From an uncultured delta proteobacterium (GTDB lineage Bacteria; Myxococcota; Myxococcia; Myxococcales; Anaeromyxobacteraceae): DNA of 64,000 nt. Under the pieces are notes generated by a model. That model made no database searches. It was not told the origin of the DNA and saw only the letters and a list, made by a program, of their open reading frames with translations. A program made the position numbers and the translations under genes. The number at the start of each line of letters is the position of its first letter. Positions within the stretch are counted from its first letter, which is position 1. The stretch covers positions 128,001 to 192,000 of the forward strand of contig CAVYBH010000001.1 in assembly GCA_963766715.1 (NCBI GenBank). Reading direction: 5' to 3'. Shown one piece after another: positions 39,114-51,355 of the stretch.

Positions 39114-39212
39114 GGGGCGAATTCTGCCTCCGCCCCGCCCGGACGCCAGAAACCGGCCGCCGGGCGGGCGACGCGGCCGGACGTCGGAAGGCGGCGGCCG
39201 CCTCCCGGCGGG

Positions 39213-41870
<2,658 letters not shown>

Positions 41871-41939
41871 GGTGCAGGCCTCCGGGCCGGACATTACCGG
41901 CCGGAGCCGCCGCCGCAACGAACCCGGAGGGCCCCGGGC

Positions 41940-43053
41940 TCAGGAGACCCAGAAGAAGCGGGACCAGAAGAGGAAGAGGACCGCCTGGGCGAATGAGAAA
42001 CCGATCATCACCGCCCGGTCGACGGCGCCCCGGCGGCCGAGCATCGCCAGCGCGAGGAACATCGGGAAGATCACGGCGGCGAAGCGGGTCGAGGAGAGGA
42101 GGGTCCCGGAGAGGAGCACCGGGACGAGCGAGACGAGCCCCCACACCCCGAGCGGCCGGGTCTCCCGGCGTCCGAGCAGCCACGCCGAGAGCGCCGCCGC
42201 GAGGGCGAGCGAGGCCGCCTCGACCGGGCCGAGCCAGGCGTGGAAGTCGCGCGGGTGGAGCAGCGTCTGCCAGGGCGTGGCGAGCGAGCGCCCCCAGGCG
42301 GCCTGGGCGTGGAAGAGCGCCAGCGGGTCCCCGGTGAGCCGCCAGAGGATCCCGGCGTGGAGGAGGAGCCCGAGCCCGGGCAGCGCGGCGGCGGCGAGCG
42401 CGGGAAGGCGCCGGCCTCCCTGCCCGAGCGCGATCCAGGCGAGCGGCACCGCCACGAGGACGCCGCCCGGACGGGTGAGCGCGAGGAGGAGGCCGAGCAC
42501 GCCCGCGAGACCGGGCCGCCCCTTCATCGCCGCGCCCAGGCTCCCCACCGACAGGAGGAGGAAGAGCGCCTCGGGGTAGGGCGCCGACAGGACGAACCCG
42601 GCCGGGAAGAGGAGCGCGTAGAGGACGGCCCGCGACGCCGTCTCGTCGTCGCCCGCCACGGCCCGCGCGAGCCGCCAGAAGAGCCAGAGCCCGGCCAGCG
42701 CGGCCGCGTTCGAGACCGCCAGCGCGCAGAGGTAGAGGGACGCCTCGCCCCCGGGCGCCGACGGCGTGGAGGAGCCGGATCGCCCACGGGTAGAGCGGGA
42801 AGAAGGCCACGTTCGACTGCACCGAGGCGAGCGGCCCGCGCAGCTCGTAGCCCCGCGCCGCCACGTCCAGGTACCAGTGGGCGTCCCACCGGCCGAAGGC
42901 GTCGAGCGCCCCGGGGAGGAAGGCCCAGCCGCGCCGCGCCGCCTCCGGGACCGGATAGGTCCAGCTCACCGACATCTGCGCGGCGAACCAGGCCACCCCG
43001 ACGAGGAGCAGCCTCGTCCAGACGAAGGGCAGGAGCACGGCGCGGAGGAACAT
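41940..43053 (-). CDS. GT-C membrane glycosyltransferase (PIG-V/mannosyltransferase-like); frameshift near 42757
   Basis: RWDAHWYLDVAARGY, VAFFPLYP, APYPEALFLLL, LTRPGG, STRF; multi-TM. Confidence 0.8.
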
Positions 43054-43104
43054 CCGGTCCTTCTACATCGCCCCATCCGGAGTTAGAACCTCCGTGGAGG
43101 CTTC

Positions 43105-44591
43105 ATGGGGCCCTCGCAGCGCTACCGGACGTCGCTCGCTCTCCTCACCGACTTCTACGAGCTCACCATGGCCTACGCGGCCTGGAAGGGCGGGGTGGCC
43201 GGCAAGGAGGCGGTGTTCCACCTCTCGTTCCGGCGCAATCCGTTCGAGGGCGGCTACGCGGTGGCCGCCGGCCTCGAGGACGCCGTCGACCTCCTGCTCC
43301 ACTCCCGGTTCACGGCGGACGACCTGGCCTACCTGGCCGGGCAGGCCGGGGCCGACGGCAAGCCGCTCTTCGAGCCGGCCTTCCTCGACTGGCTGGGCGG
43401 GATGGCGCTCGACGTGGACGTCGACGCCGTGCCCGAGGGGACCGTGGTCTTCCCGCACGAGCCCCTGCTGCGCGTGCGCGGCCCGATCGTGCCCTGCATG
43501 CTCCTCGAGACGCCGCTGCTCGCCATCGTGAACTTCCAGACGCTCATCGCCACCAAGGCGGCGCGCACGGTGCTCGCCGCGAAGGGGCAGCCGGTCATCG
43601 AGTTCGGGCTGCGCCGCGCCCAGGGCATCGACGGCGCGCTGTCGGCGTCTCGCGCGGCCTACGTGGGCGGCGTGGCCGGGACCTCGAACGTGCTCGCCGG
43701 GAAGATCTACGGCATCCCGGTGAAGGGCACCCACGCCCACAGCTGGGTGATGCTCTTCGACGACGAGAAGGAGGCCTTCCTCACCTACGCGAGGGCCCTG
43801 CCGTCGAACACGGTCCTGCTCGTCGACACCTACGACACCCTCGAGGGAGTCCGCCACGCCGTCGAGGTCGGGCTCTGGCTGCGCGAGCGCGGCCACCGGA
43901 TGGCCGGCATCCGGCTCGACTCGGGCGACCTCGCCTGGCTCTCGCAGCAGGCGCGCCGCCTGCTCGACGAGGCGGGGCTCCGGGACACCGCCATCCTGGC
44001 CTCCAACGAGCTCGACGAGTACGTCATCACCGCGCTGCACGACCAGAACGCGGCCATCGGGGTGTGGGGCGTGGGCACCCGCCTCGTCACCGGCTGGGGC
44101 GAGCCGGCCCTGGGGGGCGTCTACAAGCTGTCGGCCGTGCGGGACGGCCCGGGTGCACCCTGGGTGTACCGGGTGAAGCTCTCCGAGCAGCTGGCCAAGA
44201 CCACCGTCCCGGGCATCCTGCAGGTGCGCCGCTACCGCCACGACGAGGGCTACCTGGCCGACGTGATCTTCGACGAGGACCAGGGGCTTCCCGCCGCCCC
44301 CGAGATGATCGACCCGCTCGACCACACCCGGCGCCGCGTCGTCCCCGCCGGCACGCCGGGCGAGGACCTGCTCGTGCCGGTGCTGCGCGCCGGGGCCCCG
44401 GTGTGGACGCCGCCTCCGCTCTCCGAGGTCCGCGCCCGCGCCCAGGCCGGCCTCGCCGGCTTCCACGCCGGCGTGAAGCGGCTCGGTCAACCCCCACGCC
44501 TTCCCGGTGGGGCTTGCAGCGGGCGCTCCACGACCTGAGGACCCGCCTCGTCCTCGAGGCCCGGGACGCGGGCCACCGGAGGGCGCCGTGA
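43105..44591 (+). CDS. pncB: Nicotinate phosphoribosyltransferase; frameshifts near 44485 and 44513
   Basis: LLTDFYELTM, LETPLL, IATKAAR, EFGLRRAQG, GTHAHSW, LVDTYD, IRLDSGDL, GVGTRL, GGVYKL. Confidence 0.93.
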
Positions 44592-45649
44592 GGCTTCCGC
44601 GAGCTGCCGCTGCCCCCGTTCCACGACCCGTCCCACGCCGGGAGCTGGTCCTACCAGCCCGACGCCCAGGCGCTCCTCGACCTCGCCCCCTCCTGGCGCG
44701 ACGAGCACGGCATCGCGCTGGCGGGATCGGACCCGCTCGACCTCCAGCTCGTCCTGGTCGACGAGCAGCGCGACTTCTGCCTGCCCCAGGGGTCGCTCTA
44801 CGTGGGCGGCCGCAGCGGCAACGGCGCGGTGGAGGACACCGGCAGGCTCGCATCCTTCATCTACCGGAACCTGGGATCCATCACGCGGCTCACCGCCACC
44901 CTGGATTCGCACCTCGCCTACCAGATCTTCTTCCCGTCCTTCTGGGTGGACCGGGACGGTCGCCCGCTGCGCCCGCACCGGGTCGTCACCGCCGAGCAGG
45001 TCCGCCGGGGCGAGGCCCGGCCCAACCCGGCGGTCGCCGCCTGGGTCGCCGAACGGCGACCACGCCTGGCTGGACGCCGAGTGCCTCTGGTACTGCGAGG
45101 AGCTGGAGCGGGAGGGGAAGTACCAGCTCTACCTGTGGCCGCCCCACTGCCTGCTCGGCGGCGACGGCCACGCGCTGGTCGGGCGTGCTGCAGGAGGCCC
45201 GCCTCTTCCACTCCTTCGTGCGCGCCGCCGAGTCCTGGACCGAGTCGAAGGGCTCGAACCCGCTCACCGAGCACTACTCCGCCTTCGGCCCCGAGGTGAA
45301 CCGGCGGCACGACGGAAAGGCGCACGCGTCGAGGAACCCGAGGCTGGTGGAGGCGCTCCTCTCCTCCGACGCGCTGGTGGTGGCCGGACAGGCCTCGAGC
45401 CACTGCGTGAAGAGCACGGTGGAGGACCTGCTCCGGGAGATCCGGGCCCGCGACCCTCGCCTGGCCGGCAAGGTCTACCTCCTCGCGGACTGCATGTCGG
45501 CGGTGACCGTCCCGGACGGGGCGGGCGGATTCGTGGCCGACTTCACGCCCGAGGCCGACGCGGCGCTGGCCCGCTTCGCCGAGGCCGGCATGCACGTGGT
45601 CCGGAGCACCGACCCGCTCGCTTCCTGGCCCGGGTTGGGGGTGAAATAG
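44588..45649 (+). CDS. Nicotinamidase/isochorismatase-family cysteine hydrolase (PncA-like); frameshifts near 44598, 45051 and 45181
   Basis: Across frames: VDEQRDFCLPQGSLYV, TLDSH, LWPPHCL, KGSNPLTEHYS, AGQASSHCVKST, DCMSAV; directly follows pncB. Confidence 0.82.
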   Translation: MRLPRAAAAPVPRPVPRRELVLPARRPGAPRPRPLLARRARHRAGGIGPARPPARPGRRAARLLPAPGVALRGRPQRQRRGGGHRQARILHLPEPGIHHAAHRHPGFAPRLPDLLPVLLGGPGRSPAAPAPGRHRRAGPPGRGPAQPGGRRLGRRTATTPGWTPSASGTARSWSGRGSTSSTCGRPTACSAATATRWSGVLQEARLFHSFVRAAESWTESKGSNPLTEHYSAFGPEVNRRHDGKAHASRNPRLVEALLSSDALVVAGQASSHCVKSTVEDLLREIRARDPRLAGKVYLLADCMSAVTVPDGAGGFVADFTPEADAALARFAEAGMHVVRSTDPLASWPGLGVK

Positions 45650-45691
45650 GGCTGCAGGCCCCGCCGTAAGGGGGGGAGGAGGAGAGACGCG

Positions 45692-46021
45692 ATGAACACC
45701 TGCCCGTACTGCCGCACCGAGAACGAGCCTGGCGCGGTCCGCTGCCGTCACTGCACGAGCTGGATGGCGCAGCCGCCCTTCCAGCGGGAGTGGTACCGCG
45801 CGCGGGAGGGGAAGATGATCGCCGGCGTGTGCCGCGGCCTCTCCGACCGGTTCGGCATCCCCATCGCCATCACGCGGCTGCTCTTCATCCTGTCCATCTT
45901 CGCCGGCGGCTGGGGGATCATCCTCTACGTCGCGCTCTGGATCGCGATGCCGCTGCCGCCGCTCGCCACCTTCGCCGCGCCGCCGGCGCACGCGCCGCTC
46001 GTCACCCCGCCGCCCGGCTAG
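45692..46021 (+). CDS. Zinc-ribbon + PspC domain membrane protein
   Basis: CPYC...CRHC, then YRAREGKMIAGVCRGLSDRFGI...ILYVALWIAMP. Confidence 0.85.
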   Translation: MNTCPYCRTENEPGAVRCRHCTSWMAQPPFQREWYRAREGKMIAGVCRGLSDRFGIPIAITRLLFILSIFAGGWGIILYVALWIAMPLPPLATFAAPPAHAPLVTPPPG

Positions 46022-46836
46022 GGCGCCGGAAGGACGATCCCGGTCCCGGAGAGGCGCAGCTCGTCCGTCTCCACGCGGCCGAGCAGGCGCAGCACCCCGT
46101 CGAGGAAGGTGATGGGGTGGGGCGGGCAGCCGGGAACCCAGAGGTCGACCGGGATCTCCGGCACGCCGGGCATCCCGTTCGACTGCACCGGGCTGTCGCG
46201 GAAGATCCCGCCGGAGCAGGCGCAGGCGCCCACCGCGATGACCAGCCGCGGCGCCGGCGTCGCCTCCCAGGTCTTCAGCAGCGCCTCGCGCATGTTCTCC
46301 GACACCGGGCCGGTCACCACCAGGCCGTCGGCGTGGCGCGGCGAGGCGACGAAGGCCACGCCGAAGCGGGACATGTCGAACTGGATGTTCCCGGAGGCGT
46401 TCAGCTCGGCTTCGCACCCGTTGCAGCCTGCCGCCGAGACCTGTCGCAGCCGCAGCGAGCGGCCGAAGAGGGCGCGGGCCTTCTCGTCGAGTGCGCGGGC
46501 GAGCAGCGGCGCCGCGCCGGTCACCCGGAGGTCGTCCCGCGTGCGGGCCGAGATCCGGTAGTCGCGGGTGAAGCCGACCGCGCCCGGGCTCGCCTCCGCG
46601 CAGAGCCCGCAGAAGGTGCAGCGCCCCAGGTCGATGGCGAGGCGCGGGGTTCCGGGATCGAGCACGGCGCCGGTGGGGCAGACGTCGGCGGCGGCGCGCC
46701 CGCCGTCGCCCGCGGCCGGGTCGAGCACGGGGAGCCCGCGGAAGCGCTCGGGGAAGCGGGCCGGCCCCTCGGGGTAGGCCACGGTCTGCCGGCCGAAGCC
46801 GGCGCGGAACTGGAGGATGCCGGGAAGTCCGTCCAT
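46018..46836 (-). CDS. Ehr/hydrogenase-4-like small subunit: ferredoxin-like domain fused to a NuoB/HyfI domain
   Basis: VCPTGA, CTFCGLC; AGCNGCEAE, ASPRHADGLVVTGPV, VGACACSGG, VPGCPPHP. Confidence 0.88.
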   Translation of the reverse strand: MDGLPGILQFRAGFGRQTVAYPEGPARFPERFRGLPVLDPAAGDGGRAAADVCPTGAVLDPGTPRLAIDLGRCTFCGLCAEASPGAVGFTRDYRISARTRDDLRVTGAAPLLARALDEKARALFGRSLRLRQVSAAGCNGCEAELNASGNIQFDMSRFGVAFVASPRHADGLVVTGPVSENMREALLKTWEATPAPRLVIAVGACACSGGIFRDSPVQSNGMPGVPEIPVDLWVPGCPPHPITFLDGVLRLLGRVETDELRLSGTGIVLPAP

Positions 46837-48353
46837 CAGAGGTCGTGCCCGCAGTAGGAGAGGTTGAAGCTCTTGTTGCAGAGCGGGAAGTCGGAGATCT
46901 GCTCGCCGCGCAGCGCCATGGCGAGCCCCATCCAGTTGTGGAAGGAGGGGTCCACCAGCTTGTAGCGGGTGAAGCGTCCGTCCCCGCCGGTGGAGATCGT
47001 ATGGCAGAGCTCGCCGCGCCACCCCTCGGTGAGGGAGACCACGAACCGCCCGGGAGCCGGTGGGGGGCAGGCCGCGCGGACCGCACCGGAGGGAAGCGAG
47101 CGGAGCTGGCGCACCACGAACTCGGCGCTGCGCTCCGCCTCCAGCCGCCGCACCCAGGCCCGGGCGAACACGTCGCCGGTCTCGCCGGTGACGGTGGGCA
47201 CGTGGAGGAAGCGGAAGACCCCGGTGGCGTGGTCGCGCCGCACGTCGCGCGAGACGCCGCAGGCGCGCGCGGCCGGCCCGACGAGGCCGAGGGAGGTGCA
47301 GGTCTCCCGGCTGACCACGCCGGTGCCGTCGAGGCGGTTGCGCACCGAGGCCGACTCGAAGAAGAGGCGGGCGGCCTCCTCCACCTGCTCCCAGGCCTTC
47401 TCCATCTTGTCGGCGAGCCGCCCGGCGGCGCCGGGGTCGAGGTCGAAGCGCACCCCGCCCGGCACGATCAGGCCGCGGCCGAAGCGGTTGCCGCAGATCT
47501 CGGCCAGCGCGTTCAGGAACTCGGCCCGCAGCGCCCCGCAGTACGAGGCGGTGGGGAGGAAGCCCACGTCGCCGGCCAGCATCCCCAGGTCGCCGACGTG
47601 GTTGGCGATCCGCTCCAGCTCGAGCGCCACGCCGCGGAGCACCGACGCGCGCGCCGGGATCTGGAAGCCCGCCAGCGCCTCGACGGCGTTGGCGTGCGCG
47701 ATGGCGTTGCCCACCGAGGTGTCGCCCGCCACCGACTCGAGGAGGCCGACGGTGCGCCGGTCGGGTCCGCCCACGAGCATGGGCTCGACCCCGCGGTGCT
47801 GGTAGCCGAGGACGATCTCGAGCGTGAAGACGTGCTCGCCGTGGCACTGGAATCTGAAGTGGCCGGGCTCGATGACGCCCGCGTGGACCGGTCCCACCGC
47901 CACCTCGTGCACCTCGTCCCCCTCCACCCGGAAGAACGGGTAGTCGCCGGGGATGGTGCTGGGGTGGGCGATGCGCCCCCAGGGGTCGACGCCGGGGACG
48001 AGCGGAGGCTCGAAGCGCAGCGGCTTCAGCCAGGGGTGACCCTCCGGGCGCACGCCGAACTGCTCGAAGATCTCCCGCTCGAAGGCCTGGAGCGACGGGC
48101 ACTCGGCGGAGAGCGACGGCCAGGCGGCGCCCACCCGCGTGGAGAGGAGCCCCATCCGCCCCACGGCGTCGTCGGTGAGCACGGCGGTGACGAGGGTCCG
48201 GTCGCCGTCGGCGCGGCCGAAGTAGCTGGAGACGCGACCGCCTGCGGTCACGACGTCGGAGACGATCTGCTGGAACTCGTCCACCGGGAGGACGGGGATC
48301 GCGGCGGCGTCGACCGCCTCGGCGTTCCAGGCCTGGAGCACGCGGTTCGCCAT
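46836..48353 (-). CDS. Ehr/hydrogenase-4-like large subunit (NuoC+NuoD/HyfG-like) lacking Ni-binding CxxC motifs
   Basis: FEREIFEQFGVRPEGHP, VGPVHAGVIEPGHFRF, GYQHRGVE, ELERIANH, GPAARACG, EGWRGE, DPSFHNW, DFPLCNKSFNLSYCGHDL. Confidence 0.9.
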   Translation of the reverse strand: MANRVLQAWNAEAVDAAAIPVLPVDEFQQIVSDVVTAGGRVSSYFGRADGDRTLVTAVLTDDAVGRMGLLSTRVGAAWPSLSAECPSLQAFEREIFEQFGVRPEGHPWLKPLRFEPPLVPGVDPWGRIAHPSTIPGDYPFFRVEGDEVHEVAVGPVHAGVIEPGHFRFQCHGEHVFTLEIVLGYQHRGVEPMLVGGPDRRTVGLLESVAGDTSVGNAIAHANAVEALAGFQIPARASVLRGVALELERIANHVGDLGMLAGDVGFLPTASYCGALRAEFLNALAEICGNRFGRGLIVPGGVRFDLDPGAAGRLADKMEKAWEQVEEAARLFFESASVRNRLDGTGVVSRETCTSLGLVGPAARACGVSRDVRRDHATGVFRFLHVPTVTGETGDVFARAWVRRLEAERSAEFVVRQLRSLPSGAVRAACPPPAPGRFVVSLTEGWRGELCHTISTGGDGRFTRYKLVDPSFHNWMGLAMALRGEQISDFPLCNKSFNLSYCGHDL

Positions 48354-48355
48354 GA

Positions 48356-49786
48356 TCAGGTCCCCGTCACGAGGTGGGCGGCGGCGGCGAAGAGCCCCTG
48401 GAGCGCCCGGGGGAGCCAGAGCCCGAGCGCGAGCACCGTGAGCAGGAGCACGAGCGGCGGCCCGGCCATGAGCCAGCTGTCCTTGAACCCGGGGCGCTCC
48501 GGCGCCCCCTTGTCGTCGCCCTGCACGACGTGGAGGACGGTGGCGCCCATGCCGATGAAGATGACGGCCAGGAAGAGCAGGAAGAGCCCGCCCACCACCC
48601 AGCGCCCGGTGCCGAGCGCGCCGTTCAGGATGATGAACTCGCTCCAGAACGGGCTGAAGGGGGGCGTGCCGGTGACGGCCAGGAAGCCGCCCAGGAAGAG
48701 CGGGCCGGAGATGGGCAGGCGGCGGATGGCGCCGCGCACCTCGTCGATGCGCTTCGACCCGTACGCCCGGTGGATGTTGCCGGCGGCCAGGAAGAGCACG
48801 CCCTTCGAGAGGCCGTTGTTCACCACGTGGTAGAAGGCGCCGCCCACGGCCGCGCCGCCCAGGCCGAGCGCCACGGCCAGGATGCCCATGTGCTCCACGC
48901 TCGAGTAGGCGAGCATGCGCTTGAAGTCCCGCTGCCCGGCCATGAAGACCGCGGCGAGCGCCATGGAGAGGAGCCCGAGGGCGAGCAGCGCGTCGGAGGC
49001 GAAGGCCGCCTCGCCGGCCGCGCGCGTCACCTGGAAGACCCGCACCACGGAGAGGAAGGCGAAGTTGGTGATCCCGCCGGCGAGCAGCGCCCCCAGCAGG
49101 CCGGGCGCCTCGCCGTAGGCGTCGGGCTTCCAGGAGTGGAGCGGGGCGAGCCCCATCTTCGTGCCGTAGCCCACGAGCAGGAAGACGAAGGCGGCGCGGA
49201 CCCAGGGCTTGGAGAGCTGGGGCCCGGCGCGGATCAGGTCGTCGAGCAGGAGCGACTTCGGGCCGTCGGGGCCGGCCCCGGAGAGCGCCAGGAAGAAGGT
49301 GCCGAGCAGCGCCAGCGCGATGCCCAGCGACGAGACGAGCAGGTACTTCCAGGCCGCCTCGAGCGAGCGCGCGTTGTGGTTGAAGTAGATGAGCGGCGCG
49401 GTGGCCAGCGTGGTCAGCTCGATCGCCACCCAGAGCACGCCGAGGTGCTGGGCCACGCCCACCGTGGTCATGGCCGAGAGCAGGATGAGCAGGCCGCCCA
49501 CGAAGACCCGGTTGTCCCGGTCGTCGCGGCGGCGCAGGTAGCCTTGCGCGTAGACGGCGCTGGCCAGGAAGAGGACGCTCGAGGTGGTGAGCACGACCTT
49601 GCCGGCCGCGTCGAGGAAGAGGTAGCCGGAGAGCACCGGGGCCTCGGGCGTGACCCAGAGGCTCACCACGCCGGCCAGGTGGACGACCGCGCCGGCCAGC
49701 AGGAGGCGCGGGCGCGACCGGTTGTCCGGCCAGGCGAAGGCGCTCGCGCCGAGGACCAGGGGAAACAGGATGATGAGGACGATCAT
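48356..49786 (-). CDS. HyfF-like antiporter-type membrane subunit
   Basis: WVAIELTTLA, LEAAWKY, GYGTKMGLAPLHSWKPDAYGEAP, KRMLAYSSVEHMG, SKGVLFL, PPFSPFWSE. Confidence 0.9.
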   Translation of the reverse strand: MIVLIILFPLVLGASAFAWPDNRSRPRLLLAGAVVHLAGVVSLWVTPEAPVLSGYLFLDAAGKVVLTTSSVLFLASAVYAQGYLRRRDDRDNRVFVGGLLILLSAMTTVGVAQHLGVLWVAIELTTLATAPLIYFNHNARSLEAAWKYLLVSSLGIALALLGTFFLALSGAGPDGPKSLLLDDLIRAGPQLSKPWVRAAFVFLLVGYGTKMGLAPLHSWKPDAYGEAPGLLGALLAGGITNFAFLSVVRVFQVTRAAGEAAFASDALLALGLLSMALAAVFMAGQRDFKRMLAYSSVEHMGILAVALGLGGAAVGGAFYHVVNNGLSKGVLFLAAGNIHRAYGSKRIDEVRGAIRRLPISGPLFLGGFLAVTGTPPFSPFWSEFIILNGALGTGRWVVGGLFLLFLAVIFIGMGATVLHVVQGDDKGAPERPGFKDSWLMAGPPLVLLLTVLALGLWLPRALQGLFAAAAHLVTGT

Positions 49787-49791
49787 CCCGG

Positions 49792-50445
49792 TCAGTCCTT
49801 GAGCGACGACAGCGCGTCGGTGTCGAGGGAGGCGAACTCCCGGTTGATCTGGAACATCACGATTCCCATCACGAAGACGGCGGCGAGGAGGTCGAGGAGC
49901 ACGCCGGCCTCGACCATCACCGGCATGAAGTCGGTGAGGAGCAGGCCGAAGACGAAGACCCCGTTCTCGAGGACCAGGAAGCCCAGCACCTGGGTCACGG
50001 CCTTTCGCCGGCTCACCACGAGGAGCAGGCCCGTCCACACCGTGGCCAGCGCGGTGGGGACGAGGAAGGGGTGCATCTCCGGCGTGGGGAGCGGCAGGCC
50101 GCGCGAGAAGGCGAAGGCGAGCACCACCCCGGCGCCGCCCAGGATCATGGAGGGCACGTAGCCGACGAGCGGCTCCATCTCGCGGCGGATGGCCATCTCG
50201 CGGATGGCGCGGAACATCAGCCACGGGATGAGGATGGCCTTGATGGCGAGCGCGCCGCCGGCCACGAGCAGCACGTGGCCGAGGGTGTGCCCGGACGAGG
50301 CGAGCAAGAGCGCGAGCAGGGAGAGCAGCGCGCCCTGCAGCGCCACGGCGCGGATGGCCGCCCCGAGCCGGCTCGAGGCCAGCACGAAGAGGTCGAGGAC
50401 CACCACCAGGATGAACGCCATGTCGGTCCAGGAGCGCACGTTCAC
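49792..50445 (-). CDS. HyfE-like membrane subunit
   Basis: ALQGALL, KAILIPWL, QVLGFLVLENG, VEAGVLLD; GTGA overlap with the upstream gene. Confidence 0.85.
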   Translation of the reverse strand: MNVRSWTDMAFILVVVLDLFVLASSRLGAAIRAVALQGALLSLLALLLASSGHTLGHVLLVAGGALAIKAILIPWLMFRAIREMAIRREMEPLVGYVPSMILGGAGVVLAFAFSRGLPLPTPEMHPFLVPTALATVWTGLLLVVSRRKAVTQVLGFLVLENGVFVFGLLLTDFMPVMVEAGVLLDLLAAVFVMGIVMFQINREFASLDTDALSSLKD

Positions 50446-51354
50446 CTCAGGAGGAGGACCAGGGCGAAGACCGAGAGCACCGACGCGCCCACCAGCATCT
50501 GCGGGACGCGCGTGAGGCGGAGGCGGGCCATGGCCGACTCGACCACCCCCACCAGCACCGCGAACCCGAGCATCCCGGCCACGAAGGCCGCCTCGGCCGC
50601 CCAGAGCCCCTGCACGCGGAGGTCGAGGACGAGCCGGACGAAGAGGGCGCCGAAGAGGAAGAGCTTGATCGACGCGCCGTAGAGGATGAACGCCAGGTCC
50701 GGGCCGGAGTGGTCGAGCACCATCACCTCGTGGATCATCGTCAGCTCGAGGTGGGTGTTGGGATCGTCCACCGGGATGCGCGAGTTCTCGGCCAGCGCCA
50801 CGACGAACAGGGCGATGGCGGAGAGCAGGAGCGCCGGCGCCGCGCCGCCCCAGGCGGGGGCGAGCCCGGGGCCGAGCATGCCGGAGAGGGACAGGGAGCC
50901 GGTGGCGCGCGCCAGCACCACCAGGCAGAGGAAGAGCGCCGGCTCGGCCATGCTGGCGAAGGAGACCTCGCGGGCGGCGCCCATGCCCTCGAAGGACGAG
51001 CCGGTGTCGAGGGCGGCCATGGCGGTGGCGAAGCGCGCCAGCGCCAGCAGGTAGGCGAAGAGCACGAAGTCGCCGGCGAAGGAGAAGATGGCCGGCTGGC
51101 CGGCCACCGGGAGCACGGTGCCGGCGGTGAGGACCGCGGCGAGCCCGATCGACCGGCCCGGCCCGGAAGACCCAGGTGGTGGTGCGGCTGTACACGGCCC
51201 TCTTCTGCAGGAGCTTCAGGAGGTCGGAGTAGGCCTGGAGGAGCGGCGGCCCGCGCCGGCCGGCCAGCACCGACTTGACCCGGTTCACCACGCCGAGGAG
51301 GAGCGGCGGCAGGAGCAGGAGGAACCCGAGCTGGAAGAGGGCGCGCAGGATCAT
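50442..51354 (-). CDS. HyfC/NuoH-like membrane subunit; frameshift near 51155
   Basis: GRRGPPLLQAYSDLLKLLQK, LDTGSSFEGMGAARE, AEPA, AENSRIPVDDPNTHLELTMIHEVM, ESAMARLRL. Confidence 0.88.
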
Positions 51355-51355
51355 G

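Noticed and set aside
46836..48353. [NiFe]-hydrogenase / formate hydrogenlyase annotation
   Set aside because: Both Ni-binding CxxC motifs are absent and no maturation or Fdh genes are nearby.
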